Of a stretch of DNA of 64,000 nt, positions 59,627-64,000 are shown in pieces; position 1 is the first letter of the stretch; each line of letters begins with the position of its first letter. The notes under the pieces were generated by a model. It saw only the letters and a list, made by a program, of their open reading frames with translations. It had not been told where the DNA came from and did no database searches. The DNA is taken from NCBI GenBank assembly GCA_963769025.1, contig CAVYKI010000009.1:384001-448000 (forward strand), read 5' to 3'. Source of the DNA: an uncultured Verrucomicrobiae bacterium. GTDB lineage: Bacteria > Verrucomicrobiota > Verrucomicrobiia > Chthoniobacterales > Chthoniobacteraceae. The position numbers were made by a program, and so were the translations under genes.

Positions 59627-61078
59627 ATGTCCCCCCGAAAATTCCTCCACCTTACAGCGGTTGCCATCCTTGCCATTCTATCCGAAGCGGGCGCTGCAGA
59701 GACTCCGGCGGCAAAATTCCGCGCGGGTGCCGCGATGAGCAACATCACGCCGAATCTCGACTCGGGGATTATCGGCGGCTTTGTGCCGTTTCCGGCGTCG
59801 CAAGTGCACGACGAGCTGCATGCGCGCTGCCTCGTGCTCGACGATGGCAAGACGATGCTTGCCTTCGTCGTGTGCGATTTGCTCGGCATTCACCGGAGCG
59901 TGAGCATCGAGGCGCGGAAGCAGATTCAGGAGGCGACCGGCATTCCGCCGGAGCGTGTGATGATCTCGGGCACGCACACCCATTCCGCCGCGAGTGCGCT
60001 GGGAGAATTGCGCTACACGTCCGAGCAGCCGCTCGATGAGTACCAGCGCTTCGTCGCGCGCCGGATCGCGGATGGCGTGCGGCGCGCGATTGGCGTCCTG
60101 CGTCCCGCTGAGATTGCATTTGGCACCGCGGAGGCGCCGGAGCACGTGTTCAACCGCCGCTGGTTCATGCGCGAGGGCACGGTGCCGCTGAATCCTTTCG
60201 GCAAAGTGGACAAGGTGAAGATGAACCCTCCCGGCGGCAGTCCGAACCTCACGGAACCGGCCGGCCCGACCGATCCCACGGTTTCCTTCATCGCGCTGCG
60301 CGAGCCCGGCGGAAAGCTGATCTCCATCTTCTCCGCCTACTCGTTGCACTACGTCGGCGGCGTCGGGAACGGGCATATCTCTGCCGATTACTACGGGATG
60401 TATTGCGAGGCGCTGAAAAGGCTGCAGCACGCGGAGGACAACGACCCGCCATTTGTCGCGTTGATGGCGAATGGCACGAGCGGTGACGTGAACAACATCA
60501 ACTTCCGCACGCCGCGCGCGGGCAAGGCGCCCTACGCGCAGATGCGCTACGTCGCCGAGGACGTGGCAAGGAAGGTGAGCGATGCGCTGGCGGGCGTGAC
60601 TTGGAAGGATCACGCGGAACTCGATGCTCGTTACCGCGAATTGCGGCTCTCATGGCGCAAGATCGAGCCCGAACTGCTCGCGTGGGCAAAGGAGAAGCAG
60701 GCAATCGCGACAGGCAGTCCGGCGAAGGGCGACCTGCCCGTCATCTACGCCGGTCGCGTCGAGCGCCTATCGCAGGCGACCGATCCCGCGCTCGTGCCGC
60801 TCCAGGCGTTTCGCGTCGGCGACATCGGCATCGGCACTTCGCCCTGCGAGACGTTTACAGAGACGGGACTCGAGTTTAAGAAGCGCAGCCCCTTCGCGCA
60901 CTCATTCATGGTCGAGCTGAACCACGGCTACATGGGCTACCTGCCCACGCCGCGTCACTTCGAACTCGGCGGCTACGAGACGTGGGCCGGCACGAACTAT
61001 CTCGAACCCGAAGCCTCGGTGAAGATGCTCGACGCGCTGCTGGAGATGACCGCGGAGCTCTCACCGAAGGCCCGATGA
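59627..61078 (+). CDS. Neutral/alkaline ceramidase N-terminal domain protein
   Basis: NITP, HDELHAR, THTHSA, FNRR, HY, SADY, GTSGD, PCE, GYLP, GGYET. Confidence 0.85.
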   Translation: MSPRKFLHLTAVAILAILSEAGAAETPAAKFRAGAAMSNITPNLDSGIIGGFVPFPASQVHDELHARCLVLDDGKTMLAFVVCDLLGIHRSVSIEARKQIQEATGIPPERVMISGTHTHSAASALGELRYTSEQPLDEYQRFVARRIADGVRRAIGVLRPAEIAFGTAEAPEHVFNRRWFMREGTVPLNPFGKVDKVKMNPPGGSPNLTEPAGPTDPTVSFIALREPGGKLISIFSAYSLHYVGGVGNGHISADYYGMYCEALKRLQHAEDNDPPFVALMANGTSGDVNNINFRTPRAGKAPYAQMRYVAEDVARKVSDALAGVTWKDHAELDARYRELRLSWRKIEPELLAWAKEKQAIATGSPAKGDLPVIYAGRVERLSQATDPALVPLQAFRVGDIGIGTSPCETFTETGLEFKKRSPFAHSFMVELNHGYMGYLPTPRHFELGGYETWAGTNYLEPEASVKMLDALLEMTAELSPKAR

Positions 61079-61164
61079 TCGCAGGTCCGGGACGCTGAAC
61101 GCATTTCGAACTGTTTTTCGCTGGAATTGCCGCGCGGGGGCGCAATGTTCGCCGCCCTTTGAAA

Positions 61165-62481
61165 ATGGACGACAGCCAACTCCCGACGCGCGAACTCTAC
61201 GACCGGCATGTGATTCCGACCTACGGCCGCTTTGACCTGCGCCTGGCGCGCGGGCGCGGCTGCGAGGTGTGGGATGAGGACGGAAAGCGGTATCTGGATT
61301 TCGGCGCGGGCATCGCGGTGACGAGCATCGGGCATGCGCACCCGCGGGTCGTGCGCGTGTTGCAGGAGCAGGTGGCGACGCTCGTGCATACGTCGAACCT
61401 CTATTTTACACGCCCGCAGGCGATCCTCGCGGCGCGGCTGGTGCGCCTCGTGGGTGCCGGCGGGAAGGTGTTCTTTTGCAACTCCGGCGCGGAGGCGAAC
61501 GAGGCGCTCTACAAGCTGGCGCGGAAATTCGGCAACGACGGCGCGCAGCCGCCGCCGAAGCACACGGTCGGCGAATTGGTGCAGAGGGAACAGGCGCGCA
61601 TCGGGATCGTGACGATGCTCGGGAGCTTTCATGGCCGGACGCTCGCGGGCATTTCCGCGACCGGGCAGGAGAAGGTGAAGAAGGGATTCGAGCCGATGGT
61701 CGAGGGATTCCGGCACGTGCCGTTCAACGACATCGCCGTGCTGCAGGAGACGGTGGATGCGCCGGGGACCGTCGCGGTGCTCATCGAGCCGGTGCAGGGC
61801 GAGAGCGGCGTGCATCCGGCGGACGCGGAGTTCTTGCGCGCGGCGCGGCGGCTGTGCGACGAACGGGACCTGCTGCTCATGTTTGACGAAGTGCAGTGCG
61901 GCCTCGGCCGGACGGGCGGATGGTGCGGCTGGAAGAGCATCGCGCCGGACGTGATGCCGGACGCCGTGAGCTGGGCCAAGGGCATCGCGGGCGGCTTCCC
62001 GCTCGGCGCGATCTGGGTGAGCGAGCGCGAGGTGAAGCTGAAGGACGGAACGTCGAAGAAGCTGTGCGACGTGCTCGGGCCTGGCACCCATGGGACGACC
62101 TTTGGCGGGACGCCGCTCGTGTGCGCGGGTGCGAACGAAGTGCTGGCGGTGATCGAGGAGGAAGGGATGCTGCAGAATGCATCGGTGATCGGCGCTCACG
62201 CACTTGAGGTGCTGCGCGCGATTCCTTCGCCGCTGATCAAGGAAGTGCGAGGCTTGGGCCTGATGATCGGCATCGAGCTTGCCACGGATTTTGAGGCGCG
62301 GGCAAAAGTGCCTGCGGGAAAAGCGCCGAGCCTCTGGCTGGTCGAGCGTCTGCACGAGGCGGGCCTGCTCACGATCCCGAGCGGCACGCACGCGCTCCGC
62401 TGGCTGCCGGCGCTGAACGTAACGCGTGCGGAGATCGACGAGGCAGCGGCGATTCTCGCGCGCGTGCTGGGCGCACTGTGA
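61165..62481 (+). CDS. argD: Acetylornithine aminotransferase (class III PLP)
   Basis: YLDFGAGIAV..GH.HP, NSGAEANE, SFHGRT, EPVQGESG, DEVQCGLGRTG, AKGIAGG, HGTTFGG. Confidence 0.9.
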   Translation: MDDSQLPTRELYDRHVIPTYGRFDLRLARGRGCEVWDEDGKRYLDFGAGIAVTSIGHAHPRVVRVLQEQVATLVHTSNLYFTRPQAILAARLVRLVGAGGKVFFCNSGAEANEALYKLARKFGNDGAQPPPKHTVGELVQREQARIGIVTMLGSFHGRTLAGISATGQEKVKKGFEPMVEGFRHVPFNDIAVLQETVDAPGTVAVLIEPVQGESGVHPADAEFLRAARRLCDERDLLLMFDEVQCGLGRTGGWCGWKSIAPDVMPDAVSWAKGIAGGFPLGAIWVSEREVKLKDGTSKKLCDVLGPGTHGTTFGGTPLVCAGANEVLAVIEEEGMLQNASVIGAHALEVLRAIPSPLIKEVRGLGLMIGIELATDFEARAKVPAGKAPSLWLVERLHEAGLLTIPSGTHALRWLPALNVTRAEIDEAAAILARVLGAL

Positions 62482-62527
62482 GCGCGGAGGTTGCGGGGCG
62501 CGGTGTTCCGGCCTATTCGTCGTGCCG

Positions 62528-63502
62528 ATGAAAACCTCTCTCCCGTTGTCCGTGATTTTGGTGAGCGCGATGAGCGTTGCGTTCGCCGCCGATCCTGCGC
62601 CGCCCGAGGGCATGGTGCTCATCAAGGGGGGCACATTTTCCATGGGCAGCAATGACGGCGCGAGCGATGAGAAGCCGGTGCACGAGGTGAAGCTGAAGCC
62701 GTTTTTCATGGACCGCACCGAAGTGACGAATGCGCAGTTCGAGGAGTTCGTGAAGGCGACGAAATACGTGACGACGGCCGAGCGCGTGCTGACCTCGAAG
62801 GACATCCCGGGGCTGCTGCCGGAATTTGAGGGCAAGACGATGGGGCTGTGCTTCCGTGCGCCGAAGGGCGAGGTGGATTTGCGGAACACCGGGGCGTGGT
62901 GGCTGCCGGTCTTTGGCGCGAACTGGCGGCATCCCGACGGCCCGGAGACGGACCTGAAGGGTCGCGAGAATCATCCCGTCGTGCATGTGTCGTGGGACGA
63001 CGCGATGGCGTATTGCAAATGGGCGGGCAAGCGGCTGCCGACGGAGGCCGAGTGGGAATACGCGTCGCGAGGCGGACTCGATGGCTCGCGGTATGTCTGG
63101 GGCAATGAATTCAATCCCGGCGGGAAATGGATGGCGAACACGTGGCAGGGGAAGTTTCCCGAAGCAAACAGCGGCGAGGATGGGTACAAAAACACTGCGC
63201 CCGTGGGCACCTATCAGCCGAATGGATTCGGACTTTTCGACATGGCGGGCAACGTGTGGGAGTGGTGCTCGGACTGGTACCTGCCGGAGTATTACGCGCG
63301 CTCGCCGAAGGAAAATCCGCAGGGGCCGGACACGAGTTTCGATCCCGATGAGCCGGGCATCATGAAGCGGGTGACCCGCGGCGGTTCGTGGATGTGCGCT
63401 GAAAATTATTGCCGCGGCTACCGTCCGGCGATGCGCATGAAGGTCGCGCCGGACACTGAATTTCAGAACACGGGCTTCCGTTGCGTGAAGGACTTGCCGT
63501 GA
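62528..63502 (+). CDS. Formylglycine-generating enzyme (SUMF1/FGE-sulfatase)
   Basis: EVTNAQF, HPVVHVSW, RLPTEAEWE, GNVWEW, catalytic RGGSWMCAENYC..YR, GFRC. Confidence 0.92.
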   Translation: MKTSLPLSVILVSAMSVAFAADPAPPEGMVLIKGGTFSMGSNDGASDEKPVHEVKLKPFFMDRTEVTNAQFEEFVKATKYVTTAERVLTSKDIPGLLPEFEGKTMGLCFRAPKGEVDLRNTGAWWLPVFGANWRHPDGPETDLKGRENHPVVHVSWDDAMAYCKWAGKRLPTEAEWEYASRGGLDGSRYVWGNEFNPGGKWMANTWQGKFPEANSGEDGYKNTAPVGTYQPNGFGLFDMAGNVWEWCSDWYLPEYYARSPKENPQGPDTSFDPDEPGIMKRVTRGGSWMCAENYCRGYRPAMRMKVAPDTEFQNTGFRCVKDLP

Positions 63503-64000
63503 GCGAACCGGCGGACACTGCACGCGCGGCCCGACGAACGGGATTCATTTTCGCCGGTATCGTCGTCGCAGCGGTGACGATGGTGACGGTGTGGCTGGTG
63601 CCGGAGGGGATGCGCATCGCCCGGAACCGCGACACGCGGCTGGCGGAGGCACGTGCGGGCAGCGACATGGTGCGCGTGGCGGGCGGGGCATTCACGATGG
63701 GCGCGAATGACGGCGCGCAGGACGAGCAGCCGCTGCACGATGTGAGGGTGAGCGCGTTTTGGATGGATCGCACGGAGGTCACAAACGAGGAGTTCGAGCG
63801 CTTCGCGAAGGCGACAGGGCACATCACGACCGCGGAATTGCCGCCTCAGGGCGGGCCTGAGGGCAGCTTGGCGATGGAGCAACGGCAGGCGGGCTCGTGG
63901 TGTTTCCAGCCCGGCCCTGATGCGCAGGCGTCAGTTCGAAGGACTTGGCTCGCTTTCGTCCCCGGAGCGAGCTGGCGCAGGCCACGCGGTCCGGGTTCGG
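63499..64000 (+). CDS. Second FGE-sulfatase family protein with N-terminal TM, truncated by window end
   Basis: GTGA overlap; GGAFTMGANDG..DEQPLH.V....FWMDRTEVTNEEF, GASWRQP.GP. Confidence 0.85.
   Translation, partial: MSEPADTARAARRTGFIFAGIVVAAVTMVTVWLVPEGMRIARNRDTRLAEARAGSDMVRVAGGAFTMGANDGAQDEQPLHDVRVSAFWMDRTEVTNEEFERFAKATGHITTAELPPQGGPEGSLAMEQRQAGSWCFQPGPDAQASVRRTWLAFVPGASWRRPRGPGS

Overview
GC-rich bacterial chromosomal segment. The PVC-typical families (DUF1549/DUF1553, DUF6797 beta-propeller, TIGR03790, ThuA, ceramidase-like, YHYH, FGE) suggest Verrucomicrobiota, possibly Chthoniobacterales; this is inference. It holds about 50 genes. Housekeeping genes include ptsI, ileS-lspA, tgt, rmuC, a class A PBP, hsp20 and argD. 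There are many secreted hydrolases, an algI/algX-type O-acetylation pair and a stand-alone PafA-type ligase. A small accessory island (~31.7-35.95 kb) carries an IS110 remnant, a complete ISL3 element (23-bp TIRs, 8-bp TSD) and three low-GC genes. Several genes, including essential ileS, are split by frameshifts. All those I traced are single extra bases, so they are most likely sequencing errors, not pseudogenes. The most interesting signal is a bacterial-type tRNA-guanine transglycosylase fused to an MnmC/MnmD-type aminomethyl N-methyltransferase, with no stop in any frame across the junction; it could make an N-methylated preQ1 wobble base. Other candidates: the orphan PafA ligase, a PBP1A with Thr in place of the catalytic Ser, a membrane protein + GNAT module in the island, a REP doublet supplying the stop codons of two convergent genes, and leaderless promoters. 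I saw no rRNA, tRNA or CRISPR array. All family calls are by motif recognition; no database searches were run.
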